Assembly: GCA_033763315.1 (NCBI GenBank)
Contig: JANRKS010000028.1
Span: 1 to 64,000 of the forward strand
Reading direction: 5' to 3'
DNA length: 64,000 bases
Source of the DNA: Deltaproteobacteria bacterium
GTDB lineage: Bacteria > Myxococcota_A > Polyangia > Fen-1088
The notes beneath the pieces were generated by a model. The model was not told the origin of the DNA, did no database searches, and was given only the letters and a program-made list of their open reading frames with translations. Both the position numbers and the translations under genes were made by a program. This document shows, piece by piece, positions 1-10,789 of the stretch (positions are counted from its first letter, which is position 1; each line of letters begins with the position of its first letter).

Positions 1-1646
1 CGCTCCATGTACTCCGACATGTCGAAGCGCACGAACTGAACGCCTAGGTTTTCCGCCAATTGCTTGGCCAATTCGGTTTTGCCGACGCCCGTGGGCCCAG
101 CAAACAGGAAGCTTGCGATTGGCTTGTCTGGGTGACCCAAGCCCGCGCGGCTCATGCGAATGGCCTGCACCACCTTTTCCACCGCGTGATCCTGGCCGTA
201 AATGCGCGCCTTGAGCTCGTCTTTAAGGTTGAGCAGCTTCTCGCGATCGTCCGAAGCCACGCGCTTTGGCGGTATGCGCGCCATGGTGGCCACAACCGTC
301 TCGATGTCCGTCTCACGCACCGTGGGCACCTTGCCTTGCCCTTTGCGCTTGATCTTCAAAGCCGCGCCGGCTTCATCGAGCAGATCGATGGCTTTGTCTG
401 GCAAGCGCCGATCCGTTAAATGCCGATCAGACAGCTCAACCGCCGCACGCACGGCCTTATCCGTGTATTTTACGCTGTGGAACTCTTCGTAGTGTGGCTT
501 CAGGCCGCGCAAGATCTTAAGCGCGTCTTCAATCGAGGGCTCACCCACTTCGATGGGCTGAAACCGGCGCGCCAAAGCGCGATCCTTTTCGATGTAGCTG
601 CGAAACTCTTTGTGGGTTGTTGTGCCGATGCAGCGAATACGCCCCGACGACAACAACGGCTTAAGCAAATTCGACGCGTCCATCGCACCACCTGAAGCGG
701 CGCCCGCCCCCACGATGGTGTGCAACTCGTCGATGAAAACGATGGCGTTTTCCTTCTCTTCGAGCTTTTGCAACACGGCCTTAAAGCGCTCCTCGAAATC
801 GCCGCGGAAGCGCGTTCCGGCCACAAGCGAGCCCATGTCCAAAGCCCAAATTTCCGCGCCCTTAAGTGCGTCGGGGGCCTCCCCCAACTCGATCTGGCGA
901 GCCATACCCTCGACGATGGCGGTTTTACCAACCCCGGCGTCACCGATGAACAAAGGATTGTTCTTGCGGCGGCGGGCCAGCACGTGCAGCGCGCGTTCAA
1001 CCTCGGCGTCGCGTCCGATCAGCGGATCGATTTTACCCTGCCGCGCACGCTCGTTGAGGTTCATCGCGTAGGCAGTCAAAGGGTCGGCAGCGGGCCCCTC
1101 CTCTTCCTGATCTTGGCTGGAAGGCGGCACGCCCCCGGCGTTGCTGGGTGATTTGGCCGGCAACAGGCGAGACACGCCGTGCGAGATGTAACTCACCACA
1201 TCGAGGCGCGAGATCCCCTCTTCCTTAAGGAAGTAGACCGCGTGCGATTCTGGCTCCGAGAACATCGACACCAAAACGTTCGCGCCTTGCGTGGTTTTGC
1301 GGCCTGCCCCCAACACATGGTTGACGGCCCTTTGCACCACACGGGCGAACCCCAATGTGGGTTGAGCAGGCTCGACGTCACCGGCGTCCCCTTCAATGGC
1401 GGGGATCTCGGACGATAGGAACTCTTCCAGCTTTTGCCGCACGCGCGGGATGTTGCCGCCACAGTGCCGGATGGTGTCTGCCGTTTTCTCGTCGTCGAGC
1501 AACGCCAACAGCAGGTGTTCAAGGCCCGAGTACTCATGGCGACGCGCGGTGGCATCATCCAAGGCGCGGCGCAAAGCCGCCTCAAGCTCCGGGCTCAACA
1601 CCGAAGGTTCATCATCATCGTTTTTCTGAGGCGGGGTATTTGCCAC
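1..1646 (-). CDS. clpA: ATP-dependent Clp protease ATP-binding subunit ClpA (3' end runs off the window)
   Basis: Not in the ORF track; translated by hand at both ends, which are in the same frame. GTG at 1646 follows GAAGGAG. N-terminus ...[35 protein letters not shown]; RFDMSEYME motif at the window edge. Directly downstream of clpS. Confidence 0.93.
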   Translation of the reverse strand, partial: MANTPPQKNDDDEPSVLSPELEAALRRALDDATARRHEYSGLEHLLLALLDDEKTADTIRHCGGNIPRVRQKLEEFLSSEIPAIEGDAGDVEPAQPTLGFARVVQRAVNHVLGAGRKTTQGANVLVSMFSEPESHAVYFLKEEGISRLDVVSYISHGVSRLLPAKSPSNAGGVPPSSQDQEEEGPAADPLTAYAMNLNERARQGKIDPLIGRDAEVERALHVLARRRKNNPLFIGDAGVGKTAIVEGMARQIELGEAPDALKGAEIWALDMGSLVAGTRFRGDFEERFKAVLQKLEEKENAIVFIDELHTIVGAGAASGGAMDASNLLKPLLSSGRIRCIGTTTHKEFRSYIEKDRALARRFQPIEVGEPSIEDALKILRGLKPHYEEFHSVKYTDKAVRAAVELSDRHLTDRRLPDKAIDLLDEAGAALKIKRKGQGKVPTVRETDIETVVATMARIPPKRVASDDREKLLNLKDELKARIYGQDHAVEKVVQAIRMSRAGLGHPDKPIASFLFAGPTGVGKTELAKQLAENLGVQFVRFDMSEYME

Positions 1647-1688
1647 TTCAATGCTCCTTCGGAACCACGCTTAACCGGCGGTCAAGGA

Positions 1689-2012
1689 TCAGCTACCGCC
1701 TTGGGCGCGAATTGATGCCTGAAGCGGCATCTCATGCTCACGCGCATATCGAATCGTTTGCTGCGCCTTCGTCTCGGCCACCTCGTAGGTGAACACGCCT
1801 GCCACGCCCACGCCTTTGGTATGTACGTGCATCATGATCTGGCGCGCCTTCGCGGCGTCATGATGAAAGAAGCGCATCAACACGAACACCACAAACTCCT
1901 GCGTGGTGTAATCGTCGTTGTGCAACAAAACTTCGTAGAGTTTGGGCTTTTCAACCTTGGGCTTGTCCAAGGTTTGGAGATCTCGCTCCCCTGCCCTCTC
2001 CGTCTTCGCCAT
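1689..2012 (-). CDS. clpS: Clp protease adaptor ClpS
   Basis: YEVLLHNDDYTTQEFVV...VHTKGVGVAGVFTYEVAETK signature; start moved to ATG 2012 (MAKTER). Confidence 0.96.
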   Translation of the reverse strand: MAKTERAGERDLQTLDKPKVEKPKLYEVLLHNDDYTTQEFVVFVLMRFFHHDAAKARQIMMHVHTKGVGVAGVFTYEVAETKAQQTIRYAREHEMPLQASIRAQGGS

Positions 2013-2124
2013 TGTTGTCTCTAGCTTGGCACGACCACAGGGGGCGTCAAGAGTTGCGTCAGGCCGTGCCCATGCGGGTCCTGGCTCACGGCACGAGCCC
2101 ACCCGAGAAGCACCTGCCAACCCC

Positions 2125-4365
2125 CTACGAAACCAGCGTTTTTGCGAGCTCGTCTTGCGGCAAAGCCACCACCGGATGGGTGAGGGCTGGCCGCGCCTCT
2201 TGTGGCGGCGTTCGCACCGTCAGCGTGGTGGCACTGCTACGCGGCTCGTCCGTGCCGGCTGATTTGCGCCGGGCAAGCTCCATGAACCTCACCTGGGAAC
2301 GCACAACAGGCTCGGCTTCCCCGGGCTTGCGGCGCTCGTAAGCGCCGTCGGCGTTGAGACGACAGGCTTTGACGTTGTCGGCTAGCTGATTGGCGAGGAT
2401 CTCATCAATGATCCGCCGCCGCAGCTCCGGCTCTTCGATGGGAAACAAAACTTCCACGCGACGAACGAAGTTGCGCGGCATCCAATCGGCCGACGACAAA
2501 TAGACCTCGTCGCTGCCGCCATTGCCGAAGTGGAAGATGCGCGCGTGTTCCAAGAAGCGATCCACGATACTGGTGACGCGAATGTTCTCGCTCGTTCCGG
2601 GCACACCGGGACGCAAGCAGCAAATGCCACGAATGAGCAGATCAATTCGCACCCCGGCGGCAGACGCCCGGTAAAGCGCGCGAATCACGTCAGGGTCGAC
2701 CAAAGAATTCATCTTGGCCACGATGCGGCCTTTGTCTTTCAGCGTCGTTTCGCGCTCGATGAGTTCGATGATGCGTTCGCTGAGTCCCACCGGTGCCACC
2801 GCAAACCGCTTCCACGAAGGCGGCGACGAGTAGCCCGTGATCAGGTTGAACAGAGCGCCGGCGTCGTCGGCAAACTCCTCGCGCGCCGTCAGCAACGACA
2901 AATCGCTGTAAAGACGCGCGGTGGCCGGGTTGTAGTTGCCGGTGGAAAGGTGAACGTAGCGTTTGATTTTGGTGCCTTCACGGCGCACCACCAAACTCAT
3001 CTTGCAGTGGGTTTTGAGCCCGACCAAGCCATACACCACGTGCACGCCCGATTCTTCCAGCATGCGCGCCCATTCGATGTTCGAGCCTTCGTCAAAGCGC
3101 GCCTTCAGCTCCACAACCGCCGTGACTTGCTTGCCGTTTTCTGCAGCGCGCATCAACGAGCGCACGATCGGAGAATCGGCGCTGGTGCGGTAAAGCGTTT
3201 GTTTGATGGCCAATACGTTGGGATCGTCAGCGGCCTCCGAAATGAACTCGATGACGTGATCAAACGTTTCGTACGGGTGGTGCAGCAAGATGTCGCGTTG
3301 CCGCAAGACCTTGAAAAAATCATCGTATTCCTGCAACGGCGGAACAGGCTGCGATGAAAATGGCTCCTCACGAAATGGCTTTAACTGCTCGCGGCTATAG
3401 AGCGGCAACAGATCGCCGAGGTTCAACGGCCCATTGATGAGATAGGTATCCTCGGCTTCCAGACGCAGGGCTTTTTGTAGAAACGTCACCACCTCGGGGG
3501 GCGCGCCCATGGCGATCGTCATTCGCACCGCCTGGCCGCGCTCGCGCCTGCGCAGCTCTTTTTGAATCGTCTTGAGCAGATCGTCCGCTTCGTCTTCGTC
3601 GATGTCCAAATCGAAGTTGCGCGTGATGCGGAAGGGGCTGCACGACAGCACTTTGAAGCCCGGAAATAGATCGCCCGCGTGCATAGCAATCACGTCCTCC
3701 AGCAACACCACGTGGGGCTTATCAGGCGAGATGTCCACAAGACGCGGCAAGATCGCTGGAACCTGCACCACGGCGATGATGGTTTCGCGGCGGAGCATGG
3801 GCTCGTTTTCTTTGCGCAACAGAATCACGAGGTTCAAGCTGCGGTTGCGCAAAACCGGAAACGGATGCCCCTGGTCCACCGCCAACGGCGTGAGCACCGG
3901 CCACACGTCTGATTTGAAATAGGCCTGGACCGCCGCTTTCTGCTCGGGGGTCAGGTCGTTGGGCAGCAGCAAACAAACACCCGCCTTTTCGGCTAGGGCC
4001 GGTGCCACCTCGTTGCGCCAGTTGTCGTACTGGCGCGTGACCATGTCGTGCACCAAGCGGCTGATCGCACTTAACTGCTCGCGCGGGCTCATGCCGTCCG
4101 CGGCCGTGTCTTCGATGCCGCCGGTCAGCTGCTGCTTGAGGCCAGCCACGCGCACCATGAAAAACTCGTCCAAGTTCGAGTTTACGATGGCCTGAAACTT
4201 CAGACGTTCAGCGAGCGGCGTTTGTGGGTTGCACGCCTCGTCCAGAACGCGGTTGTTGAAGGCGAGCCACGATAGCTCCCGGTTCAAGAACAGCTGGGCT
4301 TGCGAAGCATCGCGAGGGCGAAGGTCGGTGGGTCGCTTCTTGGGTCGCTTTGCTCGTTTGGCCAT
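2125..4365 (-). CDS. ppk1: Polyphosphate kinase 1
   Basis: FLNRELSWLAFN, NLDEFFMVRVAGL, LHHPY, IKQTLYRT, GLKTHCK, STGNYN, DRFLEHAR and SADWMPRN motifs. Confidence 0.97.
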   Translation of the reverse strand: MAKRAKRPKKRPTDLRPRDASQAQLFLNRELSWLAFNNRVLDEACNPQTPLAERLKFQAIVNSNLDEFFMVRVAGLKQQLTGGIEDTAADGMSPREQLSAISRLVHDMVTRQYDNWRNEVAPALAEKAGVCLLLPNDLTPEQKAAVQAYFKSDVWPVLTPLAVDQGHPFPVLRNRSLNLVILLRKENEPMLRRETIIAVVQVPAILPRLVDISPDKPHVVLLEDVIAMHAGDLFPGFKVLSCSPFRITRNFDLDIDEDEADDLLKTIQKELRRRERGQAVRMTIAMGAPPEVVTFLQKALRLEAEDTYLINGPLNLGDLLPLYSREQLKPFREEPFSSQPVPPLQEYDDFFKVLRQRDILLHHPYETFDHVIEFISEAADDPNVLAIKQTLYRTSADSPIVRSLMRAAENGKQVTAVVELKARFDEGSNIEWARMLEESGVHVVYGLVGLKTHCKMSLVVRREGTKIKRYVHLSTGNYNPATARLYSDLSLLTAREEFADDAGALFNLITGYSSPPSWKRFAVAPVGLSERIIELIERETTLKDKGRIVAKMNSLVDPDVIRALYRASAAGVRIDLLIRGICCLRPGVPGTSENIRVTSIVDRFLEHARIFHFGNGGSDEVYLSSADWMPRNFVRRVEVLFPIEEPELRRRIIDEILANQLADNVKACRLNADGAYERRKPGEAEPVVRSQVRFMELARRKSAGTDEPRSSATTLTVRTPPQEARPALTHPVVALPQDELAKTLVS

Positions 4366-4477
4366 GTTGCAGCCGCATCATCCTAACGGCCGCCGGGCGA
4401 GAATCTCGCTTCCACGGCAACAGTTCTGCAAATTCTACCAGCCCCTCCGCAATGCACACCCTCAAGCGAATTTCCTT

Positions 4478-5440
4478 TTAAGTTTCAATCTGTTCCCGCG
4501 CGAGCTGCACTGCGCCACGAGCGGGGTCACGCACCACCACGACCTTGCCGATGGAGCCCCGCAAGTGGCCGAGCAGCGCGTCACGCAGCGCTTTTTGTCG
4601 CACCAGCAAGCTGCCGCCGAATGCCAAGGGAGGACGCCGCAGCCCCAGTTCCCGGCTCACGGCTTTCACCAACGCGGCCAAGGCGGCCGCTGCGTCGTCT
4701 ACCAATCGACGGGCCAAAGGATCGCCTCGACCGGCCAAACGGAAAACAACGGGGGCCAACCTCGCCAGCTCCGCCTTTGTCACCTGCGGGCCGTAGATCA
4801 AAGGCAAAAGCCCCGCGGGGTCTTTGCAGCCATAAAACCGCAGCACCGCCTGAGGCAAGGGCCCCCACGGCTCCCGGCCGTCAGCGGCCGTCACCGTATG
4901 TCGCATGGCTTCGATGGAAAGCTGGTAGCCCGATCCTTCGTCGCCGATCAGGTGCCCCCAGCCTCCCGAACGCGCGTGCCGCCCAAGCGTGTTTCGCCCC
5001 CAAGCAATGGAGCCCGTGCCGCTCACCACGGCCACGCCCTCTTGCTGACCGGTGGCGCCCAACAACAACGCCCCATCGTTCACCACCAGATTGTGGTCCG
5101 CCAAGCCTTGGCGTTTGAGCCACGCCAACGCATGCCCCTGGTCCTTCACAGAGTCGGCACCCGCAATGCCCACACAGGCGGACAAGGCCCGTTGCTTCGT
5201 GGCACCCGCCTCAGCGTTTGCCGATCCAATGGCCTGGGCGATGGCGGCGAACGCTGCACGCCAACCCACAACATGGTGATTGCTGGTGCCGGCCTCGCCG
5301 CGGCCCTTGATGCGTCCCTGATCATCGGCCACAACCGCCACCGTCTTCGAGCCGCCGCCATCGACGCCAATGATCCACCCCACGGGTGGTTTCACGGCCT
5401 TGCCAACCGGGCGGCGTTTCGAGCGTGAAGCGGAATCCAT
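4478..5440 (-). CDS. BadF/BadG/BcrA/BcrD-type ATPase (N-acetylglucosamine/MurNAc kinase-like)
   Basis: IGVDGGGSKT, VVNDG, VVSGTGSIAWG and GGWGHLIGDEGSG motifs; likely start ATG 5440. Confidence 0.88.
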   Translation of the reverse strand: MDSASRSKRRPVGKAVKPPVGWIIGVDGGGSKTVAVVADDQGRIKGRGEAGTSNHHVVGWRAAFAAIAQAIGSANAEAGATKQRALSACVGIAGADSVKDQGHALAWLKRQGLADHNLVVNDGALLLGATGQQEGVAVVSGTGSIAWGRNTLGRHARSGGWGHLIGDEGSGYQLSIEAMRHTVTAADGREPWGPLPQAVLRFYGCKDPAGLLPLIYGPQVTKAELARLAPVVFRLAGRGDPLARRLVDDAAAALAALVKAVSRELGLRRPPLAFGGSLLVRQKALRDALLGHLRGSIGKVVVVRDPARGAVQLAREQIET

Positions 5441-5486
5441 GCGGGGGTCGCGAGTATATGTCAGCCGGGCCTCGTATACTTGTTTC

Positions 5487-6866
5487 ATGGATTTGTCGTC
5501 GTTCCAGGGCGCCCCGTTCTCCGCGCGGCGCGATCGTTTGGCAAGGGCTTTGGGCAAGCAGCAAGCTTTGGTGGCGGCGGGCGTGCCCTCGCCTCGGAAC
5601 TATCTGGCAAACACCTATCCGTATCGGGCCAACAGCCATTTCCTTTATCTGTTCGGCCTGCCTTTGCGCGGTGCCTTTGGCCTGTGGAACGGGGACAACT
5701 GGCTGCTGTTTGCGCCCGAGCCCGATCCCGCGAGCGCTTTGTGGCATGGGCCTGAACCCACGTTGAAAGATCTTGCGGAGGCCGTGGGCTGCACCGTGTA
5801 TCCAGACACCCAGCTTACGTCGCATGTGGAAGGTGGTGTGCAGACGCTGCCGGCGGCCGATGCGCGCACGTGCGCGGTGCAATCGAAGCTGCTGGGGCGA
5901 GCGATTGAGACGGGCTCCGTTGCGGAGCAAGATCATCCGTTGGCTGATGCGATGTTGGCGTTGCGCTTGATCCATGACGAGGCGGCGATCGCGGAGATGC
6001 GGGCGGCGGTTGCGGCAACGGTGGCGGCGCACGCGGCCGGTATGCGTGCCACGCGCCCCGGCCGCAAAGAAAGCGAAGTGCGCGCGGCGATGGAAGCCGA
6101 GATCATCGGGCGCGATCTGACGACGGCTTACGGCTCGATCGTGACGGTGCACGGCGAGGTTCTGCACAACGAATACCACCACCACGAGATCATGAATGGC
6201 GATCTGTTGCTGGCGGATGTGGGCGCCGAAAGCGCGGGTGGATTTGCCAGCGACGTGACACGTACGTGGCCTGGCAACGGAAAATTCTCGGACACGCAAC
6301 GCGCGCTTTACAACGTTGTGTTACAAACGCAGAAGGCGCTGATTGAGGCGGTGAAGCCCAACGCGCGCTACCGCGAGATCCATATGTTGGCTTTGCAACG
6401 CATGGGCGAAGGTCTTAAGGACGTGGGCATATTGCAGGGCCGCGTGGAAGATCTCGTGGAAGAAGGCGCCGTGTCGCTGTTCTTCCCGCACGGCACGGGC
6501 CACCTGCTGGGGTTGGACGTGCACGACATGGAAGATCTGGGTGATCGCGCGGGCTACGCGCCGGGGCGCCAACGCACAAAGAACTTCAAATTGCGCACGT
6601 TGCGCTTGGATCGCGATTTATTGCCGGGCATGGCCGTGACGATCGAGCCTGGCTTTTATCAAGTGCCTGCGATTCTGCAGCATCCCGAACTCGGCCGCGA
6701 TCCCAAGCTCACGACGATGGTGAACTGGGAGCGGTTGGCGAAGTTTGCTGATGTGCGGGGCATTCGGATCGAGGACGATGTGCTGGTGACGGAGAGCGGG
6801 CACGACGTGCTGACGGCGGCGATTCCGAAGGAGATGGCGGATGTTGAAGCGGCGGTGGGGGGGTAG
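5487..6866 (+). CDS. pepP: Xaa-Pro aminopeptidase (M24B)
   Basis: LLADVGAE, ASDVTRTWP, FPHGTGHLLGLDVHD, TIEPGFY and GIRIEDD motifs; start ATG 5487, 6 nt after TATACT. Confidence 0.92.
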   Translation: MDLSSFQGAPFSARRDRLARALGKQQALVAAGVPSPRNYLANTYPYRANSHFLYLFGLPLRGAFGLWNGDNWLLFAPEPDPASALWHGPEPTLKDLAEAVGCTVYPDTQLTSHVEGGVQTLPAADARTCAVQSKLLGRAIETGSVAEQDHPLADAMLALRLIHDEAAIAEMRAAVAATVAAHAAGMRATRPGRKESEVRAAMEAEIIGRDLTTAYGSIVTVHGEVLHNEYHHHEIMNGDLLLADVGAESAGGFASDVTRTWPGNGKFSDTQRALYNVVLQTQKALIEAVKPNARYREIHMLALQRMGEGLKDVGILQGRVEDLVEEGAVSLFFPHGTGHLLGLDVHDMEDLGDRAGYAPGRQRTKNFKLRTLRLDRDLLPGMAVTIEPGFYQVPAILQHPELGRDPKLTTMVNWERLAKFADVRGIRIEDDVLVTESGHDVLTAAIPKEMADVEAAVGG

Positions 6867-6967
6867 CGACGACAGAACGGCGTGGGTCGCATCGCGTTGC
6901 ACGATGGCGATGGGATGGCACCGCAGGCATCGGCTCGGTGTTCGCGTTTTCTACCATGCCGCCCAGT

Positions 6968-7603
6968 TCATGTGACGGTCGCGAGGCTGCTTCGGATGGC
7001 ATCTCCAATTGTGGAATCAACTTCAAAGAGACCTTCCATCACGTCGGGCACCTCGCTTGCCTCTAAGTCGTTCCAAACCGTCTCGCCAAAGATGAGCAGG
7101 CCTACGGGACTGATTCTCCAGAAGATCATGTTGTTGGGGTAGTAGAGTTGGTAGTCGAGTCTCAGTAATCGGCCGCGTCGGCAGACATCGCATGATGTTC
7201 TTAGGCTTCCCCACTCAAATTGCCTGATAAAGCGCATTTCATGCGGATAGTTTTCAATCTCGCTTCTTGGACCGAACACAGCCTCCAGACCCTTCCGGAT
7301 AGCGCGACACATTGGACTTCGCCGGGAATGGGTTTCCACGGGCGGCGAGGCGCCTCTGATCGAAAGGTCGTGGTAACGCCGAACTAGAGGATGTGCATCG
7401 GCCAACCTCAGGCAGTTTTGAAATTCAATCAGGAGAGTAGATTTCTCCTCTTCGGACCAAGTCCGAGTGATCTCGAAAAACCTCGCAGCGCCATCCGCAA
7501 GGCGAAGTGCCTTGAGAAAGGGACACCCCGTCTTTGCCTGCTCTACGGCAAACCGTTTGCACCAACCGTATAAGGCAAGACCAAAATCTGAATGAAGATC
7601 CAC
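6968..7603 (-). CDS. Hypothetical protein (orphan-like, lower GC)
   Basis: 211-aa ORF filling the gap between pepP and the AAA ATPase gene; visibly more AT-rich than its neighbours; no motif recognised. Confidence 0.55.
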   Translation of the reverse strand: MDLHSDFGLALYGWCKRFAVEQAKTGCPFLKALRLADGAARFFEITRTWSEEEKSTLLIEFQNCLRLADAHPLVRRYHDLSIRGASPPVETHSRRSPMCRAIRKGLEAVFGPRSEIENYPHEMRFIRQFEWGSLRTSCDVCRRGRLLRLDYQLYYPNNMIFWRISPVGLLIFGETVWNDLEASEVPDVMEGLFEVDSTIGDAIRSSLATVT

Positions 7604-7708
7604 GGGAAAACATAATAAGAGGGATGAAGGCGCACCTCAAATCGGCGCTAGGGCGCCGAGGAGGATGACCGCCGCAAGGCCCAGAAAGGCTGCAATTGCA
7701 GTAGCACT

Positions 7709-9091
7709 TCACCGCGCCTCTGCCGCCAACAGCCGTGGCAGTTCACTCACCATGTAAAACGGTACGGACAACAGCGTGAACTTTCGCGACGGCCCGATAG
7801 GCAAGGCCGTCTCAAGCTCGCTCCTTTGCATTGGCTGCGAATTAACCCGCACCGCTAGCGACAATGCCTTTTCTTGCACCATCATCTGCAAGCTACGTAA
7901 GCGTCCCGTGGCGCCCGCTTTCACTTCCACCGGCACCACCTTGTCAGACACCTGCAGCACATAATCGACTTCAGCGTTGCTGTTCTTCGTTTCACGTGCC
8001 CAAGTGAAAAGCTGTGGCTCTTGATTGAAGGGTCGACACGCGCGCAGCTCTTGGCCCACCAGCTGTTCAGCCAGTTGGCCATTGTTGATCAACGTGAGAT
8101 CATCACGCGTGCGTATGTTCGCAGCGTCCACGCCTGTCATGTTCGTGTACAAGCCAACATCCAAAAAGCACACCTTCTGGTAGCGCTCGTCGACCTGCGC
8201 GCCAAGTGGAATCCCATTGGCAGAAGTGCGGTGCACGGGCGTAACGACGCGTGCGAGTGACAACAGCCGGAAGGCATCTTTGAGATTCAAAGATTTTTCA
8301 TCTCGATCAACTTCCGAAGGCATGAACTTGCGCCCCACAAGCTGAGGCAAGGCAGCGAATACCTTTGCTACCCGCAACCTGCTGACCCGCGAAGACAAGG
8401 CTGACTCGTACTTGTTGAAGTCGTCCCGAATCGTCTGCAGCAAATCTCGTTGTAGATCCGCCACCGCTTCGTAAGATCGTGTTGCCACCCACGCCGCCAC
8501 CGCCGCTGGCATGCCACCCACAAACGAGTAGACACGCACCAGGTTCATGAGTTGGTCGTGTATCGGTGCAGGCACCGGCTCGGCCCAACCGGCCGCGCGA
8601 ACAAACGTCAGCAACCGCTCTTCGCCACAGGCCAGCAGAAATTCGGCGAAGGTCATTGGTTCTACGTGCCCATAGGAGATGCGCCCCACCGGCATCGAGA
8701 ACGCAGGGCTGGCCAACGCAAAATCCAGGAGCGACCCCGCGGCCACCACATGCAATTCGGGCAACTCTTCGTGAAACCATCGAAGCTTTGCGAGCACCTG
8801 GGGAGCCGCTTGGATTTCGTCCAAGAACAACAAGTTCTTGCCCGCCGTAATGGGCCGCTTGAGCAATGCCTCAAGCACAGCGACGGTGGCGCGGGGGTCG
8901 TTCGAGGCGAAGCCTTGTGCAAGGCTCGGGTCTCGCTCGAAGTTGAGGTAGACAACGTCGCCCCATAGCTGCTGACCCACATTCTGGATCAGCCAGGTTT
9001 TGCCCGTCTGCCGCGCCCCACGCACAACCAACGGCTTACGCGCTACGTCGTCTCGCCGGGTTTTAAGAAAAGGGGCCCAAATCCGCTCCAT
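7709..9091 (-). CDS. AAA+ ATPase (AAA_14) with DUF4143 / C-terminal PD-(D/E)xK-like domain
   Basis: Walker A GARQTGKT, Walker B LFLDEIQ, AGSLL, PVGRI, GGMP, FLDVGL and C-terminal EVDYV...PVEVK. Confidence 0.92.
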   Translation of the reverse strand: MERIWAPFLKTRRDDVARKPLVVRGARQTGKTWLIQNVGQQLWGDVVYLNFERDPSLAQGFASNDPRATVAVLEALLKRPITAGKNLLFLDEIQAAPQVLAKLRWFHEELPELHVVAAGSLLDFALASPAFSMPVGRISYGHVEPMTFAEFLLACGEERLLTFVRAAGWAEPVPAPIHDQLMNLVRVYSFVGGMPAAVAAWVATRSYEAVADLQRDLLQTIRDDFNKYESALSSRVSRLRVAKVFAALPQLVGRKFMPSEVDRDEKSLNLKDAFRLLSLARVVTPVHRTSANGIPLGAQVDERYQKVCFLDVGLYTNMTGVDAANIRTRDDLTLINNGQLAEQLVGQELRACRPFNQEPQLFTWARETKNSNAEVDYVLQVSDKVVPVEVKAGATGRLRSLQMMVQEKALSLAVRVNSQPMQRSELETALPIGPSRKFTLLSVPFYMVSELPRLLAAEAR

Positions 9092-9094
9092 AGA

Positions 9095-9146
9095 CTAAAA
9101 TACTATAGTATTTATGACCGATGAGGTCTAAAAAACTATAGTATTT
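9095..9146 (-). promoter_or_regulatory. Doubled palindromic operator overlapping a sigma70-type promoter of the AAA/DUF4143 gene
   Basis: AAATACTATAGTATTT (9098-9113, perfect palindrome) and AAAAACTATAGTATTT (9131-9146), 33 bp apart; minus-strand TAGACC-N17-TATAGT. Confidence 0.7.
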
Positions 9147-9159
9147 TGCAAGAGCGGCT

Positions 9160-10407
9160 CTACGCCTTATACCGCCCCAAGATCACACACGCGTTCGTGC
9201 CGCCGAAACCGAAGCTGTTAGACAGCGCGGTCTTCACGGGCACTTCGCGCGCCGAGTTGGGCACGTAATCGAGGTCGCAGTCCGGATCCGGTGTGGTGTA
9301 GTTGGCCGTGGGGGGAACCACCCCGCGAGACACCGTCAAAGCGCAGATCGCCGTCTCGATGCCGCCGGCGGCGCCCAGCATGTGGCCTGTCATCGACTTT
9401 GTGGAGCTGACCATCACCTTACGCGCGTGATCGCCAAACACTTTCTTGATAGCGATCGATTCGTTCTGATCGTTCATCTTCGTGGATGTTCCGTGCGCGT
9501 TGATGTAGTCGATGTCTTCGGGCGCAAGCTTGGCGTCTTTGAGCGCCAGCTTCATGCAGCGTTGCGCGCCTTCGGATTCTGGCGCTGGTGCCGTGATGTG
9601 GTGGGCGTCTGAATTGGCCGCATATCCCAACAGCTCCGCGTAAATCTTCGCGCCGCGCGCTTTGGCGTGCTCAAGCTCTTCAATCACCAAGATGCCTGCG
9701 CCTTCGGACATCACGAAGCCATCGCGATCTTTATCGAACGGCCGCGACGCCGTGGCCGGATCGTCGTTGCGCGTGGACAAAGCGCGAGCCGCGTTGAAGC
9801 CGCCCACGCCCAGCGTGGTGATCGTGGCTTCCGTGCCGCCGCAGATCATCGCATCGGCGTAATCGTGCTGAATCAACCGCATCGCATCGCCGATCGCGTG
9901 CGCGCCCGTGGAACACGCCGACACGTGGCTGTAATTTGGCCCCTTGGCACCGTGGCGAATCGAGATCTGCCCGGGTGCCAAATTGATGATGATGCCTGGC
10001 ACGAAGAACGGGGACACGCCGTGGCGCGGGCCCTTTTCCTGCAAGGTATCGTGCGTGCGTTCAATCGTTGTGATGCCGCCCAAGCCTGCACCCACGAACA
10101 CGCCCACCCGCTCAGCAAATTCACCCTCGATCTTGAGGCCTGAATCTTCAACCGCCATCGCGGCCGCGCCGATCGCGAATTGAATGAACACGTCCATCGA
10201 CTTCGCTTCACGCCCGGCAATCCAGCGCGTGGGATCAAAGTCTTTGACCTCGCCTGCGATCTTCGTGGCGAAATTTGTGGTGTCGAACTTCGTGATGGGC
10301 CCGATGCCGGAACGCCCCGCAAGCAGCGCTTGCCAGTTCTCTTCGGTGCCGATCCCAAGCGGCGAGATCATCCCAATGCCCGTGATGACCACTCTGCGAC
10401 GTGACAT
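9160..10407 (-). CDS. fabF: 3-oxoacyl-ACP synthase II
   Basis: [41 protein letters not shown] and [10 protein letters not shown] motifs. Confidence 0.97.
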   Translation of the reverse strand: MSRRRVVITGIGMISPLGIGTEENWQALLAGRSGIGPITKFDTTNFATKIAGEVKDFDPTRWIAGREAKSMDVFIQFAIGAAAMAVEDSGLKIEGEFAERVGVFVGAGLGGITTIERTHDTLQEKGPRHGVSPFFVPGIIINLAPGQISIRHGAKGPNYSHVSACSTGAHAIGDAMRLIQHDYADAMICGGTEATITTLGVGGFNAARALSTRNDDPATASRPFDKDRDGFVMSEGAGILVIEELEHAKARGAKIYAELLGYAANSDAHHITAPAPESEGAQRCMKLALKDAKLAPEDIDYINAHGTSTKMNDQNESIAIKKVFGDHARKVMVSSTKSMTGHMLGAAGGIETAICALTVSRGVVPPTANYTTPDPDCDLDYVPNSAREVPVKTALSNSFGFGGTNACVILGRYKA

Positions 10408-10431
10408 GAAGTTCAAAGCTCCCTAGCGATT

Positions 10432-10475
10432 AAAAACTGAACCCTGCGGTGGCCTTGCGCGGCCACCCCGCAGGG
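10432..10475 (-). terminator. Stem-loop with U-rich tail after acpP (partial terminator or mRNA stabiliser)
   Basis: Minus strand reads CCCTGCGGGGTGGCC-GCGCAA-GGCCACCGCAGGG followed by TTCAGTTTTT. Confidence 0.65.
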
Positions 10476-10482
10476 ACGTGAC

Positions 10483-10722
10483 TTACGATGCGTGGTTCTT
10501 GATGTAGTTGATGGCATCGCCGACGGTCTTGATCTTTTCCGTCTCTTCGTCGGGGATCTCGAGCTTGAAAGACTCTTCGAGCGCCAGCACCAGCTCGACA
10601 ATGGCGAGCGAGTCCGCCTTCAGATCCTCGGTAAAGGATGCGCTCGGGATCACCTTGTCGGCTTCCACTTCGAGCTGCTCAGAGATGAGCTTGATGACTT
10701 TCTCTTCAACGTTATCGGCCAT
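10483..10722 (-). CDS. acpP: Acyl carrier protein
   Basis: [18 protein letters not shown] phosphopantetheine site; 79 aa, acidic. Confidence 0.97.
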   Translation of the reverse strand: MADNVEEKVIKLISEQLEVEADKVIPSASFTEDLKADSLAIVELVLALEESFKLEIPDEETEKIKTVGDAINYIKNHAS

Positions 10723-10789
10723 TGTCTCGTTCCTTTTCCGTTTGTGTTCTATTTGACCCGAAGCGTTATTTTCTTCAGGGTCCGGTAAC

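Noticed and set aside
4229-5428. 399-aa plus-strand ORF and similar long antisense ORFs (e.g. 11891-12850, 30006-30926, 44861-45910)
   Set aside because: These are shadow ORFs opposite well-supported genes, expected in GC-rich DNA, and carry no motifs.
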